Of a DNA stretch of 32,000 nucleotides, positions 1 through 9,856 are shown piece after piece. The stretch's first letter is position 1; the number at the start of each line of letters is the position of its first letter. The notes below the pieces were generated by a model. It was not told the origin of the DNA. It ran no database searches and saw nothing but the letters and a program-made list of their open reading frames with translations. The position numbers were made by a program, and so were the translations under genes. The DNA lies in NCBI RefSeq assembly GCF_000012925.1, contig NC_007517.1, positions 1,830,001 to 1,862,000 on the forward strand, written 5' to 3'. Source of the DNA: Geobacter metallireducens GS-15. Lineage in GTDB: Bacteria > Desulfobacterota > Desulfuromonadia > Geobacterales > Geobacteraceae.

Positions 1-1
1 C

Positions 2-868
2 CTGAAGCTCACGCGGGCCGGCGCCGCCTATATCGCCATCACGCTCCTGCTCGGTTTCGCTGCGGTCAATACGGGGAACAACCTCCTTTTCCTCGTGGTG
101 TCGGCCCTCTTGGGCTTCATGACCGTCTCCGGGATCCTCGGTTGGCTCAATATCCGGTATCTGGACGTTGCGGTCCGTCTCCCCGATGAGATCTACGACG
201 GCCAGGAGACCTACGTGACGCTCATGGTGGAAAACCGTAAGCGGTTGCTCCCCTCGTTTCTGTTGCGGATTGGAGTGGAAGAGGCCCACGCCGATTTTCA
301 CCTGGTGGAGCGGAGTGCCACCGAATCCGGCACCCTGGCGATGACGTTTAAGGGGAGGGGGCGGAAAGAACTCATTCAGGCTGTGGTCAGTTCACCGTTC
401 CCGATAAATTTCTTTATCAGGAGCACGACGCTCCCGCTTGATGCCCGCTGCATCGTCTTTCCCCGGCCCCGCCCCTGCGGGCCGCCGGAAGGTCCGGCAG
501 ATGCGCGGAGCAGGGGGGCCGCCCGGAGCGTCGGACGGGGCTATGAGGGGGAAATGGAGACCATCGCCGACTACACGGGTGTCGAACCGCTGAAACTGAT
601 CCATTGGCGCCTCTCGGCCCGCCACGAGAATCTCAAGGTGAAGCGGTTGACCTCCCTGGCCGACGTCCCTCTCATGATCGATGTTGCACAACTCCCGGGC
701 CAGAGTCTGGACGAGAGGCTTTCGTGCGGAGCCTGGATCGTGAATCGCTCCATCAGGGTAAACCGTCCGGTGGGGCTTATCACCGGCACTAAGGTTATCG
801 GACCCGACACCTCCCGATTGCACCGACTCAAGCTCCTCACGGAACTCGCTCTCCATGGTTCCTGTTAG
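2..868 (+). CDS. DUF58 domain protein (5' end lies outside the window)
   Basis: The frame is open from the window edge. From pos 2 it reads LKLTRAGAAYIAITLLLGFAAVNTGNNLLFLV, the N-terminal TM hairpin typical of DUF58. DUF58-like motif ADYTGVEPLKLIHWRLSAR is present. A 14-nt overlap with the next gene matches MoxR-DUF58-transglutaminase operons. Confidence 0.8.
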   Translation: MKLTRAGAAYIAITLLLGFAAVNTGNNLLFLVVSALLGFMTVSGILGWLNIRYLDVAVRLPDEIYDGQETYVTLMVENRKRLLPSFLLRIGVEEAHADFHLVERSATESGTLAMTFKGRGRKELIQAVVSSPFPINFFIRSTTLPLDARCIVFPRPRPCGPPEGPADARSRGAARSVGRGYEGEMETIADYTGVEPLKLIHWRLSARHENLKVKRLTSLADVPLMIDVAQLPGQSLDERLSCGAWIVNRSIRVNRPVGLITGTKVIGPDTSRLHRLKLLTELALHGSC

Positions 869-2789
869 CTCCCTCATCACCGTCCTCGCCTATGCGGTTG
901 CCGCTCTCGGCTACCTGCCGGTGGCCCCCCACGTGGACCTTGCGGTGCGGCTCGCCTTTCCTCTGGCGTTCGCGGCAGGGATATTTCTGGACCGGAAGGG
1001 TAAATACCCATTTACCGGTATACCCTCAACCGTCGTTACCGTCATCTTCTTTGTCGTCTACTTTATGCAACTCAGCATGGCAAACCCCGCGGCGCCGGTG
1101 GTCAATTTTTTCGTGGTGCTGCTCTCTGTCCGGCTCGTGAATGAAAAGACTCCGCGCAACCTCCTTCAGATCTTCGCCCTGGCCCTCTTCGCCCTGGCCG
1201 GTTCGTCCCTCTTCAGTCTGAGCGCCGTATTCCTCGTTTACCTCTTTCTTCAGTTGGGCCTGATCGCCGTCTCCCTTGTTCTTCTTACCTTCCACTCCGT
1301 TGATGCGCGCCTGCGCCTCACGCGGAGAAGTCTGGCGCGGGTGATCGGCGTGGCTCTTGCCATGCCCGCGGCCTCGGTGCCGTTGCTCCTGATATTCTTT
1401 GTCATTCTTCCCCGAACCCAGTACCCGCTCCTCAACTTTCTCAATGTCCCGGGAGAGCGGGCCACCGGCTTCAGCGACAGGGTCGAACCGGGGAAGGCGT
1501 CGAGCATCGGCGACGTGAAGACTGTAGCTTTCCGGGCTGAATGCGAGCAGCTTGGCCGCAATGACCTCTACTGGAGGGGAATCGTCTTTGACACCATCTC
1601 CGGCGCCACCTGGGTGCGGAGTGGAAAGCGCCTCGTTGAAGTTTCCGCCACTCCCCGGGGAAAAACAATTCGTCAGGTCGTTTACCCTGAACCGTCACGG
1701 AACAGCTATCTCCTGGCCTTGGACGTACCGCTCCAGATTGACGGTGTGAGGGCAAGCCAGGACGCCGATTTCACTTTCACCCGGCGACCGTCGGGGAGCG
1801 GTCGGATCCGCTACGAGGCGAGGTCGGTGCTCACCGGCGCCATTCCCGTCCCCCGGGGGATTGACCGATCTCACTACCTTCGCCTCCCCGGACGGGTTTC
1901 CGCTCGGATCGCTGCCCTGACCGGGGAGTTCACGGTCGGCAGCCCGACCGATGAGGAGCGGTTGAACCGTGTCGAGACATGGTTCAGGCGGCAGGGTTTC
2001 CGGTACGCAACCAGCGGTCTTCCCGTCACTGCCGACCCAGTGGATACCTTTTTGTTCGTGAGGCGGACAGGCCATTGCGAATTCTTCGCCTCTTCCTTCG
2101 CGACCCTCCTCCGTCTGGCAGGGGTGCCAGCACGGCTTGTAGGAGGGTACTACGGCGGCGACTACAATGATGTTGGCGGATACTACGCGGTAACCGAAGA
2201 CCGGGCCCATGTCTGGGTCGAGGCGTTTGTTAAGGGAAGGGGGTGGGTGCGGGTCGATCCGAGCTCCTTCGCGTCCAACTTTGATCGCACCACAACATCC
2301 AGCCGCGGTTTTGCCACTAAGATCACGGCACTGCTGGATTCATTCACCTGGTACTGGAACCAGGCGGTCATTACCTATGACCTCCAGAAACAGGTTGACT
2401 TCATCCGTCGTGCAAACCGTCAGTTCAAGGGGCTCTCCCTCGCCCTTGATCCCCGTCTGCTTCCCCAGGCACTTGCCCTTGCCGCAGTCCTGACACTCTC
2501 TGTCTGGTGGATTACGGCTCGAAGCGGAAGGACTCCGGAAGAGCGCATACTGCGGAGCTTTCTTGCAAGGGTCGAGAAAGTTTATGGAATCCCTCGCAAT
2601 CATCGATCGCGAGGACTTCATGAGCTTGCGCATATGGTTGATGACTCCGCAGTAGCTATTTTCGTGGATATTTGGGGTGGAGCAATCTATCGGGACCGAC
2701 GGCTCTCCAGGGAAGAATGCCGGCAACTTAAACAGATCATCAATACTATCGGCGATGGGAGGCGGAAGGAGCCTGGCAAGCAAGGCTGA
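855..2789 (+). CDS. Membrane transglutaminase-like protein (TgpA-like: N-terminal multi-TM region plus transglutaminase core)
   Basis: 644-aa ORF. The N-terminal ~190 aa is hydrophobic. The transglutaminase core carries an intact Cys-His-Asp triad context (RRTGHCEFFASSFATLLRLAGVPARLVGGY ... DRAHVWVEAF ... WVRVDPS). A C-terminal TM segment follows. The start overlaps the DUF58 stop, suggesting translational coupling. Confidence 0.85.
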   Translation: MVPVSSLITVLAYAVAALGYLPVAPHVDLAVRLAFPLAFAAGIFLDRKGKYPFTGIPSTVVTVIFFVVYFMQLSMANPAAPVVNFFVVLLSVRLVNEKTPRNLLQIFALALFALAGSSLFSLSAVFLVYLFLQLGLIAVSLVLLTFHSVDARLRLTRRSLARVIGVALAMPAASVPLLLIFFVILPRTQYPLLNFLNVPGERATGFSDRVEPGKASSIGDVKTVAFRAECEQLGRNDLYWRGIVFDTISGATWVRSGKRLVEVSATPRGKTIRQVVYPEPSRNSYLLALDVPLQIDGVRASQDADFTFTRRPSGSGRIRYEARSVLTGAIPVPRGIDRSHYLRLPGRVSARIAALTGEFTVGSPTDEERLNRVETWFRRQGFRYATSGLPVTADPVDTFLFVRRTGHCEFFASSFATLLRLAGVPARLVGGYYGGDYNDVGGYYAVTEDRAHVWVEAFVKGRGWVRVDPSSFASNFDRTTTSSRGFATKITALLDSFTWYWNQAVITYDLQKQVDFIRRANRQFKGLSLALDPRLLPQALALAAVLTLSVWWITARSGRTPEERILRSFLARVEKVYGIPRNHRSRGLHELAHMVDDSAVAIFVDIWGGAIYRDRRLSREECRQLKQIINTIGDGRRKEPGKQG

Positions 2790-2827
2790 TGCACTGATTT
2801 CAGGTAGTTCCGGGCGGTTCATATACC

Positions 2828-2856
2828 TTGACAAGGTGCCCTGTTTCCTTTAGTTT
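2828..2856 (+). promoter_or_regulatory. Candidate sigma70 promoter for the TPR gene (TTGACA-N17-TAGTTT)
   Basis: Perfect -35 TTGACA at 2828-2833, a 17-nt spacer, and a weak -10 TAGTTT at 2851-2856, about 45 nt upstream of the TTG start. Confidence 0.3.
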
Positions 2857-2901
2857 ACAAACGATATTCGTTACCAAATCATGGCTGGATCCGGATAGGC
2901 T

Positions 2902-4899
2902 TTGAGTCCCAAGAAAGACAAATTCCTCGACAACGCACAAAAATTCCTGGTTAAGGGTCAGCTGGACCGCGCTCTCCGGGAATATGAGCAAGCGGTCGCC
3001 ATAGACCCGAAAGACGTACGGGTCCGCCAGAAGTACGCCGAGTTACTGGTGCGCGCAAACCGCAAAGATGACGCGCTCAAGGAATTCGAGGTCATTGGCA
3101 AATACTATTCGGACAACGGCTTCTATCTCAAGGCGATTGCCGTCTACAAACAAATCCAGAAGCTTACCCCCTCCAACCTGGACATTTCCCTCACCCTTGG
3201 CGCCCTCAACGAAAAACAGGGTCTCATCGGTAATGCCCTTGCAGAATACAAATTCGTTTTCGATCACTACGAGCGGAGCAACCGCTTCATCGACGCTGTT
3301 GCCGTTCTTGAAAAGATGCTCGCAGCCGACCGGGATAATCTGAATATTCGGCTCAAACTCGCCGAGACGCGGCACCGGGCAAACTTGATTGACGACGCCT
3401 ATCATGACTACACGGAGCTGGCCCGTGAACTCAGGTCGAAGGGAGACAATGCGGCTTACACACGCGTCTGCGAACGGATAGCAAGCATGTTCCCCGACCG
3501 TAAGGACTTTCTTCTCACTGTAGCGGAAAATCAGATCAGGGACGGAAAGGCAGCTGCCGCAATCCCCGTGCTGAAACAGATCGTCGGCGATGACCGCTGG
3601 AACCCAAAAGCGCTCTACCTTCTGGCGGACGCTGCCCGTGCGGTGGCTGATCCAGCCATGGTCAAGGGGGCCTATGGTCAGATAATCAAGCGCTTCCCGG
3701 GTGAGATCACGGCCATCAAGGGATTCCTTTTCAGCCTGAAAGCTGAAGGGAATGTTGATGAAGCAGTTCGGGTGCTCCGCCACGTTGAGCCGGAACTTAT
3801 AAAGGCGGAACCGGAAACCCTTGAGCAGTTCTATCTCTCGTTCAGAGATCTTTCGCCCGATCATCCCGGCATCGCCGAGGGGCTTTTGAGAATTCGCGGG
3901 ACAGCGGGTGTCGATGAGCCTGAACCTATGGTTGAACAGGTGCCGGACGTGGCGGAGCCGGAAAAAGAAGCGGATTTTGCTCCTCAGCCCGAAGAGTCGG
4001 ATTCTGTCATGGAAGAGCCCCCTGCCGAAGACATTCCATGGGAAGAGGAGATCGACATCTCCTTTGACAGTGATGGTGCCTCCGTTGAGGGGAATCGGCC
4101 AACCGAAGGGGAGGCTTCAGAGTCTCCGTCGTTTCTGCACGATGAGGGGATGAGCCTCGTGGAAGCCGACGAGAGTCCCATCAGGTTTGATGACTCGTCG
4201 GAGGAAGAGACCCGTGAGGTAGAAGTAGAATTAGCCGATTTTTCGTCGATTACTCCCGACTGGCTCGACGGGGTACCTGACAGTGCCATGGATAAGCCCG
4301 GAGAAACGACTTTCTCCGAGGGGCTTTCCCTCGATTTCACCGATGGTGAACTGGAGGATGTCATTCCTCCTCCACCCCTCGACTCGCCGATGCCAAAGCC
4401 GGACAAATATGGCCTCGACGGCCTTTTTTCCGCCTTCAAGAAGGGGGTCGGGGAACAACTCACCCAGGATGACACCGAATCACACTACAGCCTCGGCATT
4501 GCCTACAAAGAGATGGGGCTTTTCGACGACGCCATAGTTGAATTCCAGTCTGCCGCCCGTGATCCGCGCCGCCTTGCAGACTGTATCACCCTTCAGGGGA
4601 TCTGCTCTCGAGAGAAGGGGGATCCAGCCAAAGCCGAGGAGTATTTCCGCTCAGGGCTCGCCGTGGAGGGGCTTAACCGCGAAGAGCGACTCTGCCTGAC
4701 CTATGAACTGGCACTTCTCTACGAAATGATCGGAGATAGGACCCGTGCCCTTGCGGGCTACCGCGAAGCTTTGGCGCTCAACCCCGGTTTCCGGGACGTT
4801 GCGCAGAAGATCGCCATTCTTCGGTCTGACGGAGATACCCATGACGCAGCCGATTTGGAACTGCTGGATCTCGACGAGGTAGAGGAAGGGGCGGGGTAA
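2902..4899 (+). CDS. Tetratricopeptide-repeat protein with an acidic disordered central linker
   Basis: 665-aa ORF. TPR-like helical repeats occur in roughly the first half (e.g. ALREYEQAVAIDPKDVRVRQKYAELL, LKAIAVYKQIQKLTPSN) and in the last ~150 aa (HYSLGIAYKEMGLFDDAIVEFQSAA..., ALAGYREALALNPGF). A D/E/P/S-rich segment is encoded by ~3900-4480. The only in-frame start is TTG at 2902 with a weak SD, so the start is uncertain. Confidence 0.75.
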   Translation: MSPKKDKFLDNAQKFLVKGQLDRALREYEQAVAIDPKDVRVRQKYAELLVRANRKDDALKEFEVIGKYYSDNGFYLKAIAVYKQIQKLTPSNLDISLTLGALNEKQGLIGNALAEYKFVFDHYERSNRFIDAVAVLEKMLAADRDNLNIRLKLAETRHRANLIDDAYHDYTELARELRSKGDNAAYTRVCERIASMFPDRKDFLLTVAENQIRDGKAAAAIPVLKQIVGDDRWNPKALYLLADAARAVADPAMVKGAYGQIIKRFPGEITAIKGFLFSLKAEGNVDEAVRVLRHVEPELIKAEPETLEQFYLSFRDLSPDHPGIAEGLLRIRGTAGVDEPEPMVEQVPDVAEPEKEADFAPQPEESDSVMEEPPAEDIPWEEEIDISFDSDGASVEGNRPTEGEASESPSFLHDEGMSLVEADESPIRFDDSSEEETREVEVELADFSSITPDWLDGVPDSAMDKPGETTFSEGLSLDFTDGELEDVIPPPPLDSPMPKPDKYGLDGLFSAFKKGVGEQLTQDDTESHYSLGIAYKEMGLFDDAIVEFQSAARDPRRLADCITLQGICSREKGDPAKAEEYFRSGLAVEGLNREERLCLTYELALLYEMIGDRTRALAGYREALALNPGFRDVAQKIAILRSDGDTHDAADLELLDLDEVEEGAG

Positions 4900-4988
4900 T
4901 TCCCGCTCCTTTTCTGTAGAGTGGCCCCTTGGGAAAAAACAGAAAGTTGAAGCTCTCGCAAAACAATTCTTTTCAAGAGCCTCAGTTG

Positions 4989-5696
4989 TTACGAAAAGAG
5001 GAGGCCTCGGGGGGCCATGAGGCGCAAGGGGGCCTGAAAGAACTCCCCGGGGTAGCTGTCCGGCAGTGGAGGGAGATTGGACGCTGCTTGAAGGGTATCC
5101 ATGATCAGCCGGTCGTACTGATCATTGCCTGAGCTTCTAATCAGCCGCACATCCAGAAGTTCCCCGTTTTTTCTCACGGTAATCGTAACGAGGGCCTCCT
5201 GCCGTCCCGGTTCCATGCCAGTACCGCTCGCCGCATCCCACCACTGTTCGTTAACCCGCTCCACAAGCTCAAAATAGTACTCCCGCACATCGCCGCGCAG
5301 AGTTTCTCCGTCGGCAAGGCTCCTGAAAAATCCCCGGGTAAGGCCGTCAGAAAGGGAAGAAACACTGGTTTGAGGGGGCACCGGAGGAGGAAGTTCCTCC
5401 ATGGGCGTCGGCGAAGGCTCGGGAAGGGCTTTTTCTTCATGCGTGGGGAGCACCATCTGTTTCTGGGCCGGTGAGACAGGTCGCTGAACGGCTGTTGCTC
5501 CCACCGGGGGCTTTGTCAGTGGGGCGGCGGCATCCGTAAGATCCACCATGACGATCGACTCCGACGCGAGGCCGGTAAGACGGCCGGGGAAGAGTGATGC
5601 GAGTGCGGCAAAAGAGAGGTGTAGCGCCAGCGAGAGGACTAACGTTCCGACGAACAGAGTCCTGGCGGGCCTGTGCAAGTGCGGGTGATGCTCCAT
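4989..5696 (-). CDS. TonB-family protein (N-terminal TM anchor, Pro-rich spacer, TonB C-terminal domain)
   Basis: TM anchor FVGTLVLSLALHLSFAALASLF. Pro-rich linker (LPEPSPTPMEELPPPVPPQ). C-terminal TonB-like fold (ALVTITVRKNGELLDVRLIRSSGNDQYDRLIMDTLQAASNLPPLP). Start moved to ATG 5696, which has GGGAG 7 nt upstream, instead of the track's TTG 5714. No exbBD genes are nearby. Confidence 0.7.
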   Translation of the reverse strand: MEHHPHLHRPARTLFVGTLVLSLALHLSFAALASLFPGRLTGLASESIVMVDLTDAAAPLTKPPVGATAVQRPVSPAQKQMVLPTHEEKALPEPSPTPMEELPPPVPPQTSVSSLSDGLTRGFFRSLADGETLRGDVREYYFELVERVNEQWWDAASGTGMEPGRQEALVTITVRKNGELLDVRLIRSSGNDQYDRLIMDTLQAASNLPPLPDSYPGEFFQAPLRLMAPRGLLFS

Positions 5697-5780
5697 CGGT
5701 AAGCTCCCGTGCAAGGGGATCGCAGTCGATATGATTAAGACGGAATTTTATCAAAGTATCCAGACGGATGGCAAGAGAAA

Positions 5781-5797
5781 GGGGGCTCATGGCCCCC
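5781..5797 (-). terminator. Rho-independent terminator downstream of maeB
   Basis: GGGGGC-tcatg-GCCCCC hairpin. On the minus strand it is followed by TTTCTCTT and lies about 30 nt after the maeB stop. Confidence 0.6.
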
Positions 5798-5828
5798 TTC
5801 GTTGTTCTGCATTTCTTATGTGAAGCTA

Positions 5829-8087
5829 TTACGAATTCTGGGCATCCACCACTGCAAGCGCCGCCATGTTCACGATGTCGCTCACATCGTCACCCCGCTG
5901 GAGGACGTGAACCGGTTTCTGCATTCCCATAAGAATCGGACCGATCGCTTCAGCCCCGCCTAGATGGTGGAGGAGTTTGTAGCAGATGTTTCCGGAGTTC
6001 AGGTCGGGGAAAATCAGGACGTTGGCCGCCTCCTTGAGGGAGGCAAAGGAGAAGCTCTTCTGCAGCATCTCCGAGACGACTGCGGTGTCCGACTGCATTT
6101 CACCGTCGACGATAAGATCGGGAGCCTTTTGTTTGACGATCTCGACGGCACGCCTGACCTTCTGGGCCTGGGGATGGTTGACGGAGCCGAAGTTGGAGAA
6201 GGAGAGCATGGCGATTGTCGGCTCGATGTCGAGCATGCGGACTTTTTCCGCCGCAAGAATGGCGGTTTCCGCCAGTTCTTCCGGAGTCGGCTCGATGCAG
6301 ACCGTGGTATCGGCCATGAAATAAATCCCCTTCTTGAAGACCATCATGTAGAGACCGTGCACGCTGGACAGACCCGGCTGTCTGCCGATGACCTCAAGGG
6401 CCGGACGGATGGTCTCGGGGTAATGGGTGTCGATGCCGGAGAGGAGGCAGTCCGCATCCCCCATGTGTACCATCATACAGCCGAAATGGGTGCGGGATTT
6501 GCGGGTCATGATCCGGCGTGCTTCAGTGAGGGTCAGTCCCTTGCGCTGCCGCAGGCTGAAGAGTTCCTGGGCATATTCTTCGGAACGCTCAAAGGTGGCC
6601 GGGTCAATGATCTGGACACTGCCGTTGAAGTCGAGTCCCAGTTCCGCCATCTTTTCCCGGATCTTGTCCTGGTTGCCGATGAGGATCGGTTTGGCAATCT
6701 CTTCTTCAATGAGAATCTGAGTCGCCCTGAGGATTTTTTCGTTATCTCCCTCGGGGAAGACGAGCTTCCTGGGATCGGCTTTGGCCTTGTTAATGATCAT
6801 CCGCAGGGCTTCCTTTGCTTTACCCTGCAACGACTCAAGATGCTCAACGTACTTCTCCATATCCTCGATGGGCTGGCGGGCCACCCCCGATTCCATGGCC
6901 GCTTTGGCAACTGCCGGTGCCACCCGCAGGAGGGCACGGGGGTCAAAGGGTTTCGGAATGATGTAGTCGCGGCCAAAGGAAAACTTCACGTTGCCGTAAG
7001 CGCGGCAGACCGAGTCGGGGCATTCCTCACGGGCAAGCTCGGCAAGGGCGAAAACAGCAGCCTTCTTCATCTCCTCGTTAATGGTAGTGGCCCGGACATC
7101 GAGGGCTCCCCGGAAGATGAAGGGGAAGCCGAGGACGTTGTTCACCTGGTTCGGATAATCGGAACGGCCGGTGGCGATGAGGACATCGCCCCGCACGGCA
7201 TGGGCCTCTTCCGGCGATATTTCCGGGTCCGGGTTGGCCATGGCGAAGATAATGGGATTCTTGGCCAGCTTGCGCACAATCTCCGGCGTGAATGCCCCCT
7301 TGGAGGAGAGGCCGTAGAGGACGTCGGCCCCTGTCGCGGCCTCTTCCAGGGTGCGCAGAGGGGTGTCCACGGCGAAGCGTTCCTTATACTTGTTCATCCC
7401 CTCGGTGCGTCCCTTGTAGATGACACCCTTGGTATCGCACATGACGAGGTTTTCCTTCTTCACCCCCAACGAGATGGCGAGGTTGGCGCAGGCGATGGCC
7501 GAGGCCCCGGCCCCGTTCACCACGATGCGAATATCCTCGATCTTCTTGTCGATGATCTCCAGCGCATTGGTGAGGGCGGCGGCGGAGATGATGGCGGTGC
7601 CGTGTTGGTCGTCGTGGAAGACCGGGATGTTCATGGTCTTCTTGAGCTCTTCCTCGATATAGAAGCACTCGGGGGCCTTGATATCCTCCAGGTTGATGCC
7701 GCCGAACGTGGGCTCGAGGAGTTGGCAGGCTTTGATCACCTCATCGGGGTTCTCGGTGTTCAGTTCGATGTCAAAGACGTCGATGTCGGCAAAGCGCTTG
7801 AAGAGGACGCCTTTCCCTTCCATGACCGGTTTGCCGGCAAGGGCGCCGATGTTCCCGAGCCCCAGGACCGCGGTGCCGTTGGAGACTACGGCGACCAGGT
7901 TTCCTTTCGCGGTGTACTTATAAGCATCCTCAGGGTTTTTCTCGATTTCCAGGCACGGTTCGGCAACGCCCGGGGAGTAGGCAAGAGAGAGGTCCCGCTG
8001 GGTAAGGCAAGGCTTCGAGGCGACGACTTCTATCTTTCCTTTGCGTCCGCTCGAATGGTATTCCAGGGCATCCTGTTTTTTGCTCAT
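5829..8087 (-). CDS. maeB: NADP-dependent malic enzyme (malic enzyme domain fused to a phosphotransacetylase-like domain)
   Basis: 752 aa. The N-terminal half is malic enzyme ([36 protein letters not shown]). The C-terminal ~330 aa is a PTA-like domain, as in MaeB. Start placed at ATG 8087, which has AAAGGAG 10 nt upstream; the track's TTG 8117 lacks an SD. Confidence 0.95.
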   Translation of the reverse strand: MSKKQDALEYHSSGRKGKIEVVASKPCLTQRDLSLAYSPGVAEPCLEIEKNPEDAYKYTAKGNLVAVVSNGTAVLGLGNIGALAGKPVMEGKGVLFKRFADIDVFDIELNTENPDEVIKACQLLEPTFGGINLEDIKAPECFYIEEELKKTMNIPVFHDDQHGTAIISAAALTNALEIIDKKIEDIRIVVNGAGASAIACANLAISLGVKKENLVMCDTKGVIYKGRTEGMNKYKERFAVDTPLRTLEEAATGADVLYGLSSKGAFTPEIVRKLAKNPIIFAMANPDPEISPEEAHAVRGDVLIATGRSDYPNQVNNVLGFPFIFRGALDVRATTINEEMKKAAVFALAELAREECPDSVCRAYGNVKFSFGRDYIIPKPFDPRALLRVAPAVAKAAMESGVARQPIEDMEKYVEHLESLQGKAKEALRMIINKAKADPRKLVFPEGDNEKILRATQILIEEEIAKPILIGNQDKIREKMAELGLDFNGSVQIIDPATFERSEEYAQELFSLRQRKGLTLTEARRIMTRKSRTHFGCMMVHMGDADCLLSGIDTHYPETIRPALEVIGRQPGLSSVHGLYMMVFKKGIYFMADTTVCIEPTPEELAETAILAAEKVRMLDIEPTIAMLSFSNFGSVNHPQAQKVRRAVEIVKQKAPDLIVDGEMQSDTAVVSEMLQKSFSFASLKEAANVLIFPDLNSGNICYKLLHHLGGAEAIGPILMGMQKPVHVLQRGDDVSDIVNMAALAVVDAQNS

Positions 8088-8298
8088 GTGATTCCTTGCT
8101 CCTTTCTTTGTGGACAAATTTCAGTCATAATAAAAATTGCTTCGCTTTAATTCAGCCGTGTTACACGGTTTTATTTTGCTGATTTCTCATAAAATTGAGA
8201 CACCTTAGACCTTGTTTTAGTCCTTTGTCAAGGTCAAATTACAGTATCGCTAAAAAAACATTTTATTTAGTTTGCGGGGTGAAATGTCTCGTGAATAC

Positions 8299-8327
8299 TT
8301 GTATTTGAAGCAAAGTTCGTTGATAAT
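8299..8327 (+). promoter_or_regulatory. Candidate sigma70 promoter for the HIT-ROK-pfkA cluster (TTGTAT-N17-GATAAT)
   Basis: -35 at 8299-8304 and -10 at 8322-8327, within the AT-rich divergent intergenic region, about 40 nt upstream of the HIT gene start. Confidence 0.35.
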
Positions 8328-8368
8328 TCCCGTGATGTGGACAGATAAATAACCGCGGAGAAGGGGGA

Positions 8369-8860
8369 GTGATGGAAAGAATCTGGGCGCCGTGGCGCAT
8401 GGATTATATTCTCGATGAAAAGCCGCATGGCTGCATTTTTTGCCTGGATGCACGGACGGACGAGGATCGACAGAATCTTGTTCTCTACAAAACGCCGTTA
8501 TCGTTGGTGATGCTTAATCGTTATCCCTATACAAATGGTCACCTGATGGTGGCGCCACGACACCACACTGCGGAACTGGACTCCCTGACGGACGTCGAGA
8601 TGCTTGACCTTTTCCGAACCGTTCGGCTCTGCAGAAGCGTTCTTGAGGAGGAAGCCTCACCCCAGGGATTCAATATCGGGCTCAATCTCGGCCGGGCAGC
8701 CGGGGCAGGGATAGAAGACCACCTCCATATCCATATCGTTCCGCGCTGGAATGGCGATACAAATTTCATGACGGTTGTCGCCGACGTACGCGTTGTCCCT
8801 GAAGGGTTGCTGACTACCTACGACCGGCTTTATCCCCGTTTTGCGGCCCGCACGCAATAG
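8369..8860 (+). CDS. HIT family nucleotide hydrolase/transferase
   Basis: Histidine triad IEDHLHIHIVPRW. N-terminus MERIWAPWRMDYI is typical of the HIT/GalT-like branch. The start is either GTG 8369 or the adjacent ATG 8372, with GGAG at 8357-8360. Confidence 0.85.
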   Translation: MMERIWAPWRMDYILDEKPHGCIFCLDARTDEDRQNLVLYKTPLSLVMLNRYPYTNGHLMVAPRHHTAELDSLTDVEMLDLFRTVRLCRSVLEEEASPQGFNIGLNLGRAAGAGIEDHLHIHIVPRWNGDTNFMTVVADVRVVPEGLLTTYDRLYPRFAARTQ

Positions 8861-8881
8861 AGCACGAGGAGTTCTGCTCCC

Positions 8882-9856
8882 ATGAATGGCAACAAGCGCG
8901 CCTATATCGGCATAGACATAGGAGGTACCAATCTCCGCATGGCTCTCATTGATGAACGGGGCGCCATTATCCACAAAACCAAGAGCAGGACCGATATCCA
9001 CCATGGTCGATCCTCTTTCCTCTCGCGCCTTGGCAAGGGGATTGAGTCCCTGCTGCTCGCGGCCAGAGATAATAACATCGAACCTGCCGGGCTGGGGGCA
9101 GGGGTGCCGGGACTCATTGCCAATGACGGCCATGTGTATGTTTCGGTGAACCTCAGGCCATTGGACGGGGTAAATCTGCGGGATGAGCTTCAGGCCATGA
9201 GCGGGCTCCCCGCAGTGGTGGCGAACGATGTAAACGCGTTTGCCTTCGGAGAGAGCGTCTACGGGGCGGGCAGGGACTATCGGTCATTTCTTATGGTTAC
9301 CCTCGGCACTGGCGTTGGGGGAGGTCTGATCCTCGACGGCAAGGTCTGGAGCGGAATCGACGGGGTGGCAGGCGAGTTTGGCCACATGACCGTGGAATCC
9401 GAGGGGAGGCCCTGTCCCTGCGGCAACCGCGGTTGTCTCGAGCAGTACGCATCCGCAAGCGCCCTGGTTTCCGCGGCAAGAGAGATGATCTGCCAACAGA
9501 AGGATGTATTCGGGGCGCAATGCGACATGGACGCCATTTCAACCAAAATACTTGCCGCTGCGGCACTGGACGGTAACCAGGCGGCGTTGGGCCTCTTCGC
9601 CGATGCCGGACGGTATCTGGGGATCGCTGCCGCGTCGGTTGCCAATCTCCTTAATCTCGAAGCGATAATTCTCGGGGGAGGAGTCTCCTCGAGTTTCAAC
9701 CTCCTGTGCGAGAGCATGAGACGGGAAGTTCTTGCCAGGGCCTTTCCCATTCCGGGCAAGCGCCTCGTTATCCGCCAGGCTTCCCTGGGAGACGACGGTG
9801 GGATTCTCGGCAGTGCCGCACTGGCAAGGAGTTTTCTTCAGGAGGGGAAACCATGA
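8882..9856 (+). CDS. ROK family sugar kinase (probable glucokinase)
   Basis: N-terminal ATP-binding motif GIDIGGTNLRMALID. ROK zinc motif GHMTVESEGRPCPCGNRGCLEQYAS. AGGAG lies 10 nt upstream. The stop overlaps the pfkA start (ATGA). Confidence 0.85.
   Translation: MNGNKRAYIGIDIGGTNLRMALIDERGAIIHKTKSRTDIHHGRSSFLSRLGKGIESLLLAARDNNIEPAGLGAGVPGLIANDGHVYVSVNLRPLDGVNLRDELQAMSGLPAVVANDVNAFAFGESVYGAGRDYRSFLMVTLGTGVGGGLILDGKVWSGIDGVAGEFGHMTVESEGRPCPCGNRGCLEQYASASALVSAAREMICQQKDVFGAQCDMDAISTKILAAAALDGNQAALGLFADAGRYLGIAAASVANLLNLEAIILGGGVSSSFNLLCESMRREVLARAFPIPGKRLVIRQASLGDDGGILGSAALARSFLQEGKP

Noticed and set aside
3984-4475. 163-aa Ser-rich minus-strand ORF under the acidic linker of the TPR gene
   Set aside because: It is the reverse-frame product of GA-rich acidic codons (GAx/GAG read antisense gives Ser/Leu-rich sequence). 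It has no start context or motifs.
5964-8150. 728-aa ORF on the plus strand covering the whole maeB locus
   Set aside because: It is exactly antisense to a gene with unmistakable malic-enzyme/PTA homology. Its translation is low-complexity G/D/V/H/L-rich (e.g. [28 protein letters not shown]), as expected from the reverse frame of a GC-rich gene. It has no SD and no recognisable domain.
9706-9852. Upstream extensions of several track ORFs, considered as genuine N-termini: pfkA 9706, MFP 24385, smpB 18042, panB 13246, maeB 8117, TonB-like 5714, CoA-binding 30917
   Set aside because: The extensions overlap upstream genes or terminator stems, lack an SD, and give N-termini longer than homologs. 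Internal starts with a properly spaced SD were preferred.
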